Shown piece by piece: positions 23,640 to 35,838 of a stretch of 64,000 nt of DNA (positions are counted from its first letter, which is position 1; each line of letters begins with the position of its first letter). Both the position numbers and the translations under genes were made by a program. The notes below the pieces were generated by a model. The model was not told where the DNA came from. It worked only from the letters and a program-made list of their open reading frames with translations, and did no database searches. The DNA is taken from contig NW_027192214.1 of the NCBI RefSeq assembly GCF_041956535.1, forward strand, positions 287,205 through 351,204. Direction: 5' to 3'. The DNA is from Calcarisporiella thermophila CBS 279.70. Its lineage: Eukaryota; Fungi; Calcarisporiellomycota.

Positions 23640-24695
23640 CTATTTGACAGAATTTTTAACAACTCCAAAAATTCGCCTTAAACTTTTCTTATCGTTGTCA
23701 GTAAATTCTTCTACTAGATTCGAACTACCTCTCTCGATTTGTATTTGTATTTCTCTTAGTAACTCGCGTGTCTGAGGATTAAAATCTAACCCATTCGATT
23801 GCATTTCTGTGACAAGTGCTTCTATTCCACGTATATCCCTTGTCCATTCCCATCGTACACGTAGCACTTGGTTGTAGACTGGTGTAGTGCAGCCTGCAAC
23901 ATAGCTCTCCATCCCCTGACGCTTTGCCTGTTCAAATATCGCTAAGGCCATTCCTGAATCACCGAACATGTGGGAACGTTGGATAGCTGTTGCAAGTATA
24001 GAGGAATAATTTGCTGGATAAGGCGGGCCAAAAGAAGAGAAAATACGCGAATACATAAAATTACGCAGTTCAATATTGCTACGGCAGGAAAGGAGTTCTA
24101 ATTCATAGCTCGATGTTTTATTTTGCAATGAAGTATCCTCAATCGGCTTGGTCGACTTATGCATTGCTGGTGAATTTTTGAGTTGCTGTTTTTCCTGGTT
24201 AGTTGAGTCGACTCGCGGAAGTGTAGACAATATTTTTAATCGGGGGTTTTTCTCTCGATAAATCGGCTCTCGTTGATTCTTAAAACTTAACAATTGTTTT
24301 TCAATGGCTGATAAATCATCTTGCGCTCCTACACAGCCACTAGTTAAATCTTTCTTGGAGCTTGAAATTGTCTTAATCTTCTCAACCTTTGTCAATTCCG
24401 CATCATTTTCCGCTACACTTCTCTTGGATTCACTATTCATTAAGGAATCTAGAAGTCTAATAAATTCCTGCCTCTCTTCTGGCCTCATGCGCACCTCGTC
24501 TTTGGCGGCTTTGATCTGCGAATGTGCGCGTGTTGTGTGAGGTGATTTTGGAGGTTGCTCACCCTCAAGTAGAATATCCCAATTATTTTTAGAGGGATTT
24601 GAACAAGACTTGGAGGATTGGGTATAAGACCGACATTTTGGCAATACCCTTGTTATTGCAGGCCAAATTTGACGGTGAATTAGTGTTCGACGCAT
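23640..24695 (-). CDS. MTF2: Mtf2-like mitochondrial RNA/translation factor, intronless
   Basis: C-terminal LAIFEQAKRQGMESYVAGCTTPVYNQVLRVRW...LVTEMQSNG resembles the fungal Mtf2 C-terminal domain; Arg-rich presequence from ATG 24695. Confidence 0.75.
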   Translation of the reverse strand: MRRTLIHRQIWPAITRVLPKCRSYTQSSKSCSNPSKNNWDILLEGEQPPKSPHTTRAHSQIKAAKDEVRMRPEERQEFIRLLDSLMNSESKRSVAENDAELTKVEKIKTISSSKKDLTSGCVGAQDDLSAIEKQLLSFKNQREPIYREKNPRLKILSTLPRVDSTNQEKQQLKNSPAMHKSTKPIEDTSLQNKTSSYELELLSCRSNIELRNFMYSRIFSSFGPPYPANYSSILATAIQRSHMFGDSGMALAIFEQAKRQGMESYVAGCTTPVYNQVLRVRWEWTRDIRGIEALVTEMQSNGLDFNPQTRELLREIQIQIERGSSNLVEEFTDNDKKSLRRIFGVVKNSVK

Positions 24696-25080
24696 ATGTA
24701 ATCTGAATCTTTTAAATTTCAATATGACTAGTAACCAGTATTCGAGAAAACATTAAAAAATGCAGTCACGATAGAGTGAGAATATTGAGTTTGAAATTTC
24801 GAGAATAGTCAAGTAGAATGTGGGCTATCTTCTAACTAAATCAGAAAACCCGTGATAATATCAAAAAATAGAGAAAATTAAAATACCCATTAAATTTCTC
24901 TTTCTTGTGTGTGAGAAAATGATGTGCCGAAGACAATAAGCCACCTAACTGTGGAAAATAGTTTCAATCAAAACGGGGGAGCTACTTGGAGTTTATTCTT
25001 TAATTTCGTCAAATTACGTGTACGATAAAGAAGTTTTCACTTTGGGAATAATTAGAAGCTACAGTAATGCTACATTAAGA

Positions 25081-25881
25081 ATGACGCACCTGCAGAACGA
25101 GAGAGAGGGTGAAAGAATCTGTGCTTTTCTCAATGACTCACTCATTGCCATAATTAAGAAACGCAATTTTCAACATGGTCCACTTTGGAATGGGATTCTT
25201 AACCGCTGTGAGACATTTTTCCGTGAACTGATAACTGAACTACGCGGATCCGATGTAAATAGAATGTTTGTAAAACATGGAGAGGACAACACTAGCAAAT
25301 TCAGTTATCCTCCTGGCGAACGACCAGATTGCGCGATATGCTTAGAAAGTATACTACCGCACGTTCATGCCGAGGCTACCTTGGTTTGTGGCCACATATT
25401 TCATCTGAGTTGTATAGGTTCGGCTTTTAATAGCTCTGGTATGCTCTCTTATAAATACCTGCATTATATATTTGCTGATTTACATAACTTCGTCAATTTT
25501 ATCTATTTGAATATCCTGATAGGAATAATGATTTGCCCAATATGTAGGCGTACGCAGAACGACCAGCCATGTGAATGGATATGTGCTGATAGATTTGCTG
25601 CTTCGACTGAATCCTTGAATAGCTCCGAACCAGACGAAGATTCTGCTGATTTCCTCAGCATTCAAAATGGTATCTCTCTTTTTAAATCCGAAATTAATAT
25701 TCATTTGTTAAATAGCTCGATCTTTTTCCTAGGTGTAATTAACCTGTTTCATTCTTTATTTCGAAATGGTATTGGTGGTCCTTTTCGTGAGAACTCAACA
25801 GAGGAAGATAGCGAGCAGCAGCAACAGCACGAATTCCCTATTCCCCATCAGGATCCTTATGTTGCAGTTGGACTCTATTAA
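25081..25881 (+). CDS. RING-H2 zinc-finger protein (putative E3 ligase), 2 in-frame introns
   Basis: CAIC...CGHIFHLSC...CPICR after removing intron 25439-25522; second intron 25670-25732. Confidence 0.85.
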   Translation: MTHLQNEREGERICAFLNDSLIAIIKKRNFQHGPLWNGILNRCETFFRELITELRGSDVNRMFVKHGEDNTSKFSYPPGERPDCAICLESILPHVHAEATLVCGHIFHLSCIGSAFNSSGMLSYKYLHYIFADLHNFVNFIYLNILIGIMICPICRRTQNDQPCEWICADRFAASTESLNSSEPDEDSADFLSIQNGISLFKSEINIHLLNSSIFFLGVINLFHSLFRNGIGGPFRENSTEEDSEQQQQHEFPIPHQDPYVAVGLY

Positions 25882-26657
25882 ACTCCGTGTATTATTTCTT
25901 GTTTTCGCCTCCATGAGTAATATACTCGATCTCTTTATTGTAGTTTTGCTTTTGCCCTCCATTATTTCCAATCTTCATCTTCTTCGAGGCTTTTTATTCT
26001 GATTGTTAATTATTCTTTGTGTAATACATTTTGTAAAACCTTGATGAATGGTCCATATTTTGCTTCTCTTTGCTATTTCATTTTGCTTTGCTCCCTTGAA
26101 ATAAAATTAAATATGTAATAACAATTATGAATTATTTTTAAATAGGAAAAGCTTTCTCTTTTCGAGTTAAAATCTATTGATTTCCCCAGGTCAGAGCGCT
26201 CTGTAAACTCCGCTCTATCGCTATTTATGGGCGATATTGCATGTTCAAATGAAAGAATCGATGTTGAGATTTAGAATTGAATTAGAACTAATGAACAGCA
26301 ATGTTCATATGAGTTCACAAATGGCACCTCATTTTCCAGATTAATCTTGTCGACAAGTTAATTCTTGAATTAATTAAGCGAGCCGATTACCCTATAGTGT
26401 CCTATAATAGTATAGCAATAAAGTCTAAATTACCAAAGCCATTCAACCAAGAAAGGTAAGAATAAAAATTCCAATGTTGCACTTTTATTTCCCCCTCCTC
26501 GAACCTCTCCATTTACAATTCAGCTCTTTTCCAACTTTTTCAAAACACTGTGGGATCATTTCTCTTATTCTACTATCCTTTCTTTAATTCTTTTTGTGTA
26601 ATCGCCAATAAATGATCTCACCCCTAACCACTCTTTAAGAATTTTAAGCGCGGAATA

Positions 26658-27879
26658 ATGGGTGGCAAACGAGAGGCCGCTGAAACCAACTCCTCTCTCA
26701 CTCCAAGAACAAGCGTTTACCCCTCGCACCTGCGGCTCTTACCTTCTGCTGCTCGCTTTCCTCTTGCTGCCAAACGCTCATGGCGAAATCTAATTGTCTC
26801 ACGCCCCAGATGCCTCCGTTCACATGTAATTGATGTGCCTATGCGAGATGATAGTTGGGCGAATAAGGAGTTGGAATTTACCACCCACGGCCTACCTACA
26901 CTTGAACAGGTGCTTGCATGCAAAACCTATGCTCCACTCTCACAACAAGATTTGTATAATTTTTTGCGACGACGGCAACATGCGGAAGAAAACCTAGACT
27001 TTTGGATGGATATAGAAGCACATGAGCAACTTTGGAGGAGATATCAAAGAGAACTGCGGACAAAGTCGAAAGAAAAGGAATATCCTAACAGCTCGGAGAG
27101 CAGTGCTGAAGCTATGAAGTTGTATCACAATCCAAGGGATCCCGATATAACACTAAATTTAGAGGGTGGAAATGAGTTGACCATCGATATCCCAAGTGAA
27201 CCCCTATCAATTGAAGATCTTCGTATCTCAGCACTTCGTATCTATGAGCGATTTTGTTCTCCCTATGATCCATATAAACGCACCTTGCTTCCAGAAGACC
27301 ACCGCTTAGCATTACAGGAGCTCGTCGAAGTTCAGCGCTGCGCGGAACCCAGCGTGTTCACGCCTGCAAAACACTGTGTGTATGATGTACTTAACAGGCA
27401 CTTCTACCCGCAATTTCTCAATCACGTGTGCTTCACAAATATTACCTTGACGCTTGCACGCACAGTACTCTTTCCTATGGCGGTACTGTTCCTTACTGGT
27501 GGCTTCGCAATGGAGCTGTGTTTTGTGTTTCTCGATTACGGGGGGAGATTAACGAGGTTATGGGGAATTCTGCCCATTTTCACTGGTTGGATGTGCTTAT
27601 TATCCAGTATCTTTGAATTTTTACCACTGGTAGTCTTATTTCGATCAAGGTAAAAAAAAAAGGACCATTTGGTGACTATGGCTGTATATTAACGCTTCTA
27701 CCTGCTGTTCCAGCGAGATCAAGCCATTTCAACTCCAGCCGATTCATGAGAAGGTGGTCCTTCAATTTCACTACCGACGGGCCATATATGTGTTTGGGGC
27801 GAGTCTTTTTGCAGCCGCCATCACTACAGGAATATTCATTATGCTTCCAGGTCATCGGTTATCTGGAATCCCTTTATAA
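26658..27879 (+). CDS. RAX1: Rax1-like RGS-domain membrane protein (polarity landmark)
   Basis: LPTLEQVLACKTYAPL..LYNFLR..HAEENLDFWMD; C-terminal TM helices ending LPGHRL; intron ~27650-27713. Confidence 0.8.
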
Positions 27880-28658
27880 CTCTAATTGTTTTTATTTCTT
27901 TCATTGTAAGATTTATTTTCTATATTACCATATAGTTTAATTATATATTGTTAATACTTAACACCTATTCCCTTCCTCTCTTATTTTTTTTTTTTTTTGA
28001 CTTGGATATATTGTAATTAAAGGCATTTATTGAGGAAATCATTTCTAGCCAGAATCGGAAAAGAGCAAATATTTATATTAACATTAATAAATGTTGATAG
28101 ATGTTTGGAGATGTTAGCGGATGCCATCTTCTGTAGGATAAATGCACTGACGATAGAAAAAAATTGCGCGTTCTCTGGACCAATTGAACAACCAGTAATG
28201 GAAGTATTCACTGCTCAAATTTATAGGTATACAATTTATCATTGAGTAAAAATAGTATCAGCATACCTAAATACAAATATTCCACGTATTGAGCGAAAGT
28301 GGGTTCATTATTACATCCAGTGTATTAATCAAAGTCGAGAAGAGTGGAAAAGTAGAGTGTGCTTGGCTGTGCTATTTAAAAACTAGCTATACTGAGAAAT
28401 TAACCTCTACTTCAGTTTAATCCCAGTTTCAAGATATCAGCAACAGCACAACAGAGGTATCGCTATGTTGATAAAATCAGCATTAATTTATATAAAGGCA
28501 TATAAACTATTAATTCCAATCGACTTATTTGGAAGATCTGTATTATTATCGAATTTCATATATTTCATCTCCAAGTGGTTCGCGGTTGACTTTAAATTTT
28601 CGAGGATCATCTCCTGGTGCCCATCTACATATTTCTATTACATTTCTTTGCATTTATA

Positions 28659-29974
28659 ATGAAACAAGTAGATTTTCAATCTGAATCACTGAGACTTGCG
28701 GGGATTCAAGCTGATTGTCTTACGCTCGGATGCTTAAGGGTAATGTATTATTAACATATCAATGAAGAGTAATGCTTCTTTTACTCAAATAGTTTAACAT
28801 AATTGAATGTTCTAATTTAATACTAAAAACAGGGATTTAAACATTTCGAGGTATTCTTGCGTGGCCGCGAAGAATTAATTTTGCGTGTTAACAAGACAGA
28901 ACGCTCAACGAACCGTCTCTCAATATATATGATGCAGAAGAGAGTATATAGTGGACTTACTTCATTAGGGATCGCAAGAGCCAGGTCCTATTTTTTTACC
29001 CTATATTTTTTCCGTATGTTATCTAATGATAATTGATGTTTGAATTGACAAACTATTAGGCTTGACGGCGCGATATCGGAAAAGACTAGAAAAATGTAAA
29101 TATAGAATATAACTCTATGGCGTTAAAATATCTATAGCTGAAATACTCTGTAGGATCCAGAATAGTATCGGTGAAGACACAGTTGTTCCTGTCAGTCCCC
29201 TGGATCAGGATCTTAAGAATGTGCGTCCATATTAGCTTGCAAATTTTGTTTCCCTATTTGTTAATCCATTTTTACTTTGGAATAGGACACGACAAAAACA
29301 AACTTCTTAATAGCCGCTTATGCTCGCTATAGACGACCTTATGTTTGGGTAAGCTAATGAAGCCTTGATATGTATAGTGATCCCAAGCGTATGGATGTAA
29401 TAATACAATGTTTGTAGTTGCGATCGAATCAGGACCAGCAAAGACTGCACTCGAGCACCAGTAGTATTGATACTGAAGAGGATTGCCCATTAGAGTTGGA
29501 TACAGTCATTAACTGGAAAACAAAAGGTATAGAAGTCCACATACAGAAAACTAGAATTGGGTCAACATTTGCTATACAAAATCTCTTTGTAGATATAAAA
29601 CTGTGGGATATTGTTGCAGAGCTTCTCAAACTCACACTGTCTCCCCCTCCTATTAATCCCTTCACGGTTGATCACACCTTTTTTGATAACTTACCTTTGG
29701 AAGAAGCAGTGGTTGCCACCGGATCAATGATCAATTTTCTGAGCACGTTGTATTTACAGCAGTACAGCTTCTCCGATAAGAGTATTACTTTTATATAAAA
29801 AGGTATTTCCTATTTACCAAGAAAACTAATTTTTGGTTTATTGGCTCAGTTTTCGATGATCTTCGGCTCTTACATGCACGTCATTACACGTTACTGGATG
29901 AGCTACAATCATTCCTCGAAGTACATCATCGCCAAAAAATGGCCAAAGAAACGCACGGGATAGGTGGTAATTAA
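28659..29974 (+). CDS. Uncharacterised globular protein (~270 aa), 8 exons
   Basis: Seven GT-AG introns join a stop-free frame: MKQVDF..IQADCLTLGCLR|GFKHFEVFLRGREELIL..FLIAAYARYRRPYVW|LRSN..PLEL..IKLWDIVAEL..PPPINPF..FFDNLPLEEAVVATGSMINFL..FDDLRLL..TAA 29974. Confidence 0.82.
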
Positions 29975-30639
29975 ACCAAGATAGACTCAGAACAATTTGG
30001 ACCTTATCTTCAAACATCTTGAATATTTAATATTCTGAAACTTATATATATAAAGACTTTTCAAATTCCGAAGTTTTGGGAGAATGAACCCTAAGACCTT
30101 TGGCTAAACCGGTTAGAAAAAATTAGGAAACGCCTGCGAGACAGGCTAATGTGCTGAGAATCCTGTATACCAAGGCAGAGAGGTAGGGCGTTTGCCATCA
30201 CGCCCTTGAACTCAGATATGCAAATGAGCTGAATCCAACATGGCAGTCCGACATTATTATAACAACATATTTGTACGCTCAAAGCGAACAAGACTGGAAC
30301 CCTTGTGATTTTTCGGATTATTTAGTGTTCTTCATTCTTTGACATTATACCGGCCACTATGTGATCACAACTATATTTGCTTACTAACCTTGTTGTACTT
30401 AAGCTCGCTCGATTAACCGTTCTTAACACTTCCTTCTCCACTAAATATGCTATTGTCATTGCAGCACAAATGAAGCTTCCCTTCATTTTCCTTTCAATTT
30501 CGTGAGGATAACAATGGAATCCGAAATTTGCCACGGAGCAAAACTTGTCCATGAAGAGTGTGAGTTGTCATCCACTTCCTGTGTTTGTCTTGGATCAGAG
30601 AATCGATCGAAATAGGGTGTGAGAGATGGAAAAGGGATG

Positions 30640-31575
30640 GGAGAAGGAAGAGGCGTGTTTCACAATTCTATTTATATATTAATTAGAAAGCGGTGGGACA
30701 CTGACAACGGCCCAGACTATCATAGTACATTTTTCAAGTGCTTGATCACTCACTTCTTCTTCTCCATTTTATTTTTTTTTTTTGCTTCCATCGTCGATTT
30801 ATTGTTCAAAGCATATTCTTTTGAACGGGAAGAATACCCTCCTTTTCATCGAAAATTCCCCTCTACCTTTCTTTTATTTCATTTTCATCACTACTTGTAT
30901 TTGTATTCTTGTCATTAGGGAAAAACAATACTAGCAAACACCGGCCAAACTCTTCTCAACTTACATCTGGAGGCTATACCCTCACACTCATCATACACAA
31001 ACTATAACACCTGTATTATATTCGATCGACAAAACTCTCTTAATAATTTTATTCCCCTTCAGCCCTTTTCTACAACCTACTCACACAGGTTTTCTTGATT
31101 TCTTGGTTGTGTTTCCAATATTTCCCCTTTTCCTTTCATTCGACACCCCCGGCTACTCTGGCCTTTCAGACTAAATTTCCGAGTGAAAAAAAAAAACCCC
31201 GGCTTTCGAGCGGCGAGCGTGTAAAAATTAACGGAATATAACCACGATAAACCCCCTCGAGTGAGTACTTTTTTTTATTTCTTAAAGAAGAGTTCTTTCT
31301 TTTCTCTTTATTTTTCTCTTCGCTCTTAACCTGTCGGTATATTAGTTTACTAATAGGGAGCAGCTCGAAAATATAGGTCTTGTACATACAAACTATAGCT
31401 TTCCCTCTCTCCTTTTTCCACCTCAAGATACCACTGGAACTCTTTCCATCGTTACCACTCTCGAGAGTTCATCGTTATCTCTATTAGTTACAACCATTTT
31501 CTCTTATTAAAAAGAAGACGCTTTCTATTTCAACTGTCACTCTTTTGTATTCCTCTTTTTTAATACTACCGAGCC
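30640..31575 (+). promoter_or_regulatory. TATA-like element and long pyrimidine-rich AUG-free 5' leader of the KH gene, possibly with an intron at ~31261-31356
   Basis: TTTATATATT at 30671-80; no ATG on + strand 30640-31575; GTGAGT donor at 31261 and TACTAATAG acceptor ending 31356. Confidence 0.55.
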
Positions 31576-34500
31576 ATGGATCAACTTGCATTCTCACTGT
31601 GTTTTGACCAACCACCCCTTGCGAGTGGTGATACGGTATCATCATCTATGCCCCCATCGTCTGTGCGGTCGAGCTTCCATCATCCAGCCTCCCAGGCGCT
31701 TACCACTCCCCCCTCCCCCGACGAGGCCCTTATGAAGCAGTTTAAGGCGATGTGCGAACATGTGCAGCAAACCTACGGCGTCACGGCCCATCTGTGCTCC
31801 TCGGACAATTTTGCCGTGCGCGGGCGTGTAATGGAAACGCCGCCGGACTTTAATGTGACGCTCTACGGAAACCACCGGGCTGTCCTGGCGGCCCGAGGGT
31901 ATTTGCTGTGTGCGAATCCGATCAAGGTAAGAGAAAAGAAGATTAAATTCTTGCACCACTTTTCTAATGCGCCATTATTCGTTAGGCCCGGACGATAATA
32001 AAGGCGACTAGATCAGAGGTGCTCGCCACCGACGGTGAAGTGAAGCAATCCGTAAAGTCTGGCTTAGATGAGATAGCGCGTGACACTGGAGCGTCCGTGT
32101 CGTTGTTCAGCGGCCAAACAGGCCGCGGAGGATCTACACGGTCGTCTTCGGCCCGTATCTCTCCCTTAGTGCCCCTCTCTACAGGGTCCTCTGAAAAGTC
32201 CATAGATATCGTCATCTCAGGCTCCTGGGAAGCGATTGAAGTCGCAAGGATTCGCATCCTCATTCTATTGGATGAGCTGGTAAGTTAAGCTTAATGCAAG
32301 ATCTATTTTAAGTTTAATCTTATTTTTGAGTTCTGCTTGGATGACAGCAAAACCTTAAAGTCGATCAGGTCGACATTGATCTTAAACTGCACAACCTTAT
32401 ATGTGGCCGGAAGCGCTGCCATCTCGAGACAATAATGCAAGAGACCGCGACAAACATATACTTCCCTTCTCCGTTGACGAGCTTGACGTCTTTAAAATCA
32501 ACCCTTAGTGAAGAGTCAGAAACCGTCATTTACCTGACCGGCGATCCGACCGGTATCCAACGGGCGAAGGATATGCTCTTTAAGCTTGCAACCCAAAAGG
32601 TTTGGAGGATTCCCCTTTTGTATCCGGGTGCTCATTCTCAAAAATTTATGCATTCGTAGACAAAATGTATGTATTCAAAAGACACTACTATGATTCCACG
32701 TAAGATCGATTTTCTACTTACTCACCGGCGCGAAGAGCTGAAAAAAATTATGTACGATAATGGCGCGTTTATTCAATTCCCCGCACTCGGTTCTCAAGGA
32801 AGCGTGTTAACGGTTTTCGGTGAGAACCGGGTTAATGTCGAAAGAGCGATTCGTATGGTTATGCAGTTGGTAAGTTTCTACGACGTATTTGATTAGAAAA
32901 GGAATCTATTCACTAATGTCATCTCAACCCCCCAGGCTTGCCAACTCTATCACGCTCAGTTCTGGGTATTCCCTGCCGCCACCGCTCCTCCTACTCCGGG
33001 TTTCCAACCAATGACTTATTCACAGCCGCAAGTTAGCCAGACGCCATTTGCGCACCCTCAAGTGCTCAATCTGGTATCTCAAATGGCACAGGTTACTGGA
33101 GCTGAGGTTGCTTTCAAAGGGCACTGCTTTGAAGTCTTCGGTTCGGAGCGTGCGGTGAGAAACGCATATCAACGCATTACAGAAATGGACATCATTCAGG
33201 TATATCACATTATATTCACTATTTCCAACTGGATTACCAGTGTTCTAACATTCGATTGATTCTCAAGGCCTACCACCAGGAGACAAAGTTCCAAGTCGAG
33301 CTTGCAAATGAACACCAAGATTTTATTAGCGGCAAGAAAAATGGCAAGATTAATAAAATCATGAAGACCACGGGCGTGCGTATCACTTTCGTGCACCTGA
33401 ACGAGTACAATTTCCTGATTGACGTAACAAGTTCCAACTTCACCAAAGCGCTCGATGGACTATCAATGCTTCAAGAAGAGCTTCCTGCAGAAATCTCATT
33501 CCATGTGCCCGAAGCCTATCACAAACGAATCATAGGGGTCGGTGGCAAAAATATCCAAAGGATTATGAAAAAATATGGTGTATATGTAAAATTCTCGAAC
33601 GCAGAAGAATTTGCTGCCCTTGGCGGCTATTTCGATAACAATGATAACGTGATAGCACGAACCCCTGCTAAGAATGGCCTCAATCTTGATAATCTTAAGC
33701 ATGCTGTGCTTGAGCTTGTCGGACCCAAAGATCGAGAGCTCATTGAGCAGCCAGTTAATATTCCACGTCGTCACCATCGGATGCTTCTTGCGGAGAAATC
33801 AGCCTTCCTGCATGATATCGAGGAAAAGACTGGCTGCCGATTTCACTTTTCATTTAAAGAGACAGGGAGCGACACGATAGTCGTGCGAGGTTACCAGAGC
33901 CAGGTTATGGTAGCCGTCCAGCTTCTTCTAGAGCTCGTCCCGCAGGAAATCGAGTTTCACGTGCCACTTAGTCCGGCCCTCAAGCTTGCCCTTGGATCAG
34001 TAGACTTCCGCAATCGTGTGATTGACCGGGCTCGGCGCGAATATAATGTCATCATTGAAACTCCCCCTCCATCCTCTGTACCTTCTTCGGCATCTTCATC
34101 GCCTGTTGCCACCACACCTTTAGGACTTGTTGATGCGACCGGTGAAGAAAGCCAGTCCCCACCGCTCTCTCGCAAAGATTACGCATTTATTATCCGATTT
34201 ACCCGAGGAAATGCTGACCTACTGCCTACGACCATAGAGCTTCTTACCAGTTTCCTTTCTGAAAATCACGTTCCACTCTATCCTGAAACGCAAGACATAC
34301 GAAGCGACAGTTTTGTTGAATCACTTCCTCATTTTAATAGCCGACTGCTTTCATCGGTTACCTCTGCTCCTGGTAAGTGAACCAAATATGACTTCATTTC
34401 CAATATATCTATTTACTCATTCCTTTTCAGAATCTCCCTCTGTCACTTCTCTGACTCAAGCATTTCAGAACTATCGGTTGTTTGATGGGAACATGATCGA

Positions 34501-35583
34501 GTCATGGAAGGTAATTCAAGTCGAATTTAAAAGGTTTAAAACATCCTTCTAATCCATTGCTGTAGTCCCAAATACGCGATTCCACCACATTTAGCAGCAG
34601 CAGTAGCAGCCCACCAGTTCAGATGTTGCCTTACCTTCAGCATCGGGCCTCATTCGGGAACATACGACAGCCAACCGAAGTCGAGGTACGCCGTTCTTCT
34701 ACCGTACCCTCGCTTACCTCCGTGGCCGAATCGATGCATGGCAACCTTAAAAGTCGAACGCGGACGGTTAGTATGGGAGCTGAAATAGGCGATTTTGGTG
34801 ACGCAACCAGCGGCCAACGATTCCCTGCTCAAGAGAACTTTATTGCTTCGGATTCTCTTGCAAATTTGAGTGCTTATGATCGCGAGGGCGCTACCAAAGA
34901 GGGCAAGGGGGGACCTGATAGTCGCTTTTTGCTCAACCCGCTCTACCCGTTCACTTCAATCAAAAGCGGTCTAAGCGAGAGCAACAGCTATGGCCCTTCC
35001 CCCCCTGCACCTCCACAGCAACAAGTTCCCATGAGCGAAGGTGTCCACAAGCCTCTTCGGCCACAGGGTGCACTTTTCGGCTCTCAGCAGTCTATCCATC
35101 GCCCTACACAGCAGCATATTCTCCCTGGTCCACCAGGCTTCCGCCAGAAGTCGCTGGGTGGAGACATTGCTAAGCCCGAAGAGCAGGAGGGCCATTCTAT
35201 TGTATATCAGAGCGATACTAATGTGCCTACAGAAAGTGCGAGCGAGAAATCTGGAGGTAGCCTTGGTTCTCAGGATCAGATTACTTTTGGTGGAGGCCGA
35301 TCGTTTGGTGGTGATAATACCGGTGGCTCTTTAGAAGGTGAGCATTTCGCCCAATATGCATGTTACTAGGTTCCCTGGTCTATTTCCCTTCTCAAATTTA
35401 ATCAGTCTATTTTTAGAGTCTCGTTATCTTCAGACTATAGGTGGTCATTACGGATCAACCCCTCCTGATGCCTCACGTATGGATCAACCCACTGGCTGTG
35501 GTCCTGCGGCGCATCAAGCGCAGCAGGTGGTCTCTGGCTTCCAAGCCATGAGAAATAATCGCACGCCAGGATTTGATATTTGA
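31576..35583 (+). CDS. Multi-KH-domain RNA-binding protein (Bicaudal-C-like; S. pombe Mug60/S. cerevisiae YLL032C-like)
   Basis: ICGRKRCHLETIMQETATNIYFP; HQDFISGKKNGKINKIMK; ELPAEISFHVPEAYHKRIIGVGGKNIQRIMKKYGVYVKFSN; low-complexity C-terminus; ~9 introns. Confidence 0.9.
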
Positions 35584-35838
35584 ACTACATTAATTTTCCA
35601 CGTTTATATATATTTGTACATAAATAATGTGTTTATATCGACCATGAAATTCTACGAGTTTTCTCTTTCCGTATAATCTTTTCAATGGATCTGTGTGATA
35701 TTTTACTGTGTTGTATAAAAAAATGTTTTGGGATTTGTGTTTGTAAAAAAAAATGGAATAAAATATCAACAGTAATATAAACATAGAGTAAAATACCGAA
35801 TATATATTATAAATATCGTAAACAGTGCATTATTTATG

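Noticed and set aside
26192-26203. 12-bp palindrome CAGAGCGCTCTG
   Set aside because: Isolated, with no supporting context.
30087-30095. AACCCTAA telomerase-template-like word
   Set aside because: An 8-mer expected by chance; no U/A-rich triple-helix pseudoknot identified.
30150-30235. CTGAGA...TTGAAC resembling a TPP riboswitch or hammerhead core
   Set aside because: Lacks the CUGAU/GAUAAU P4-P5 elements and the CUGANGA core; no thiamine gene nearby.
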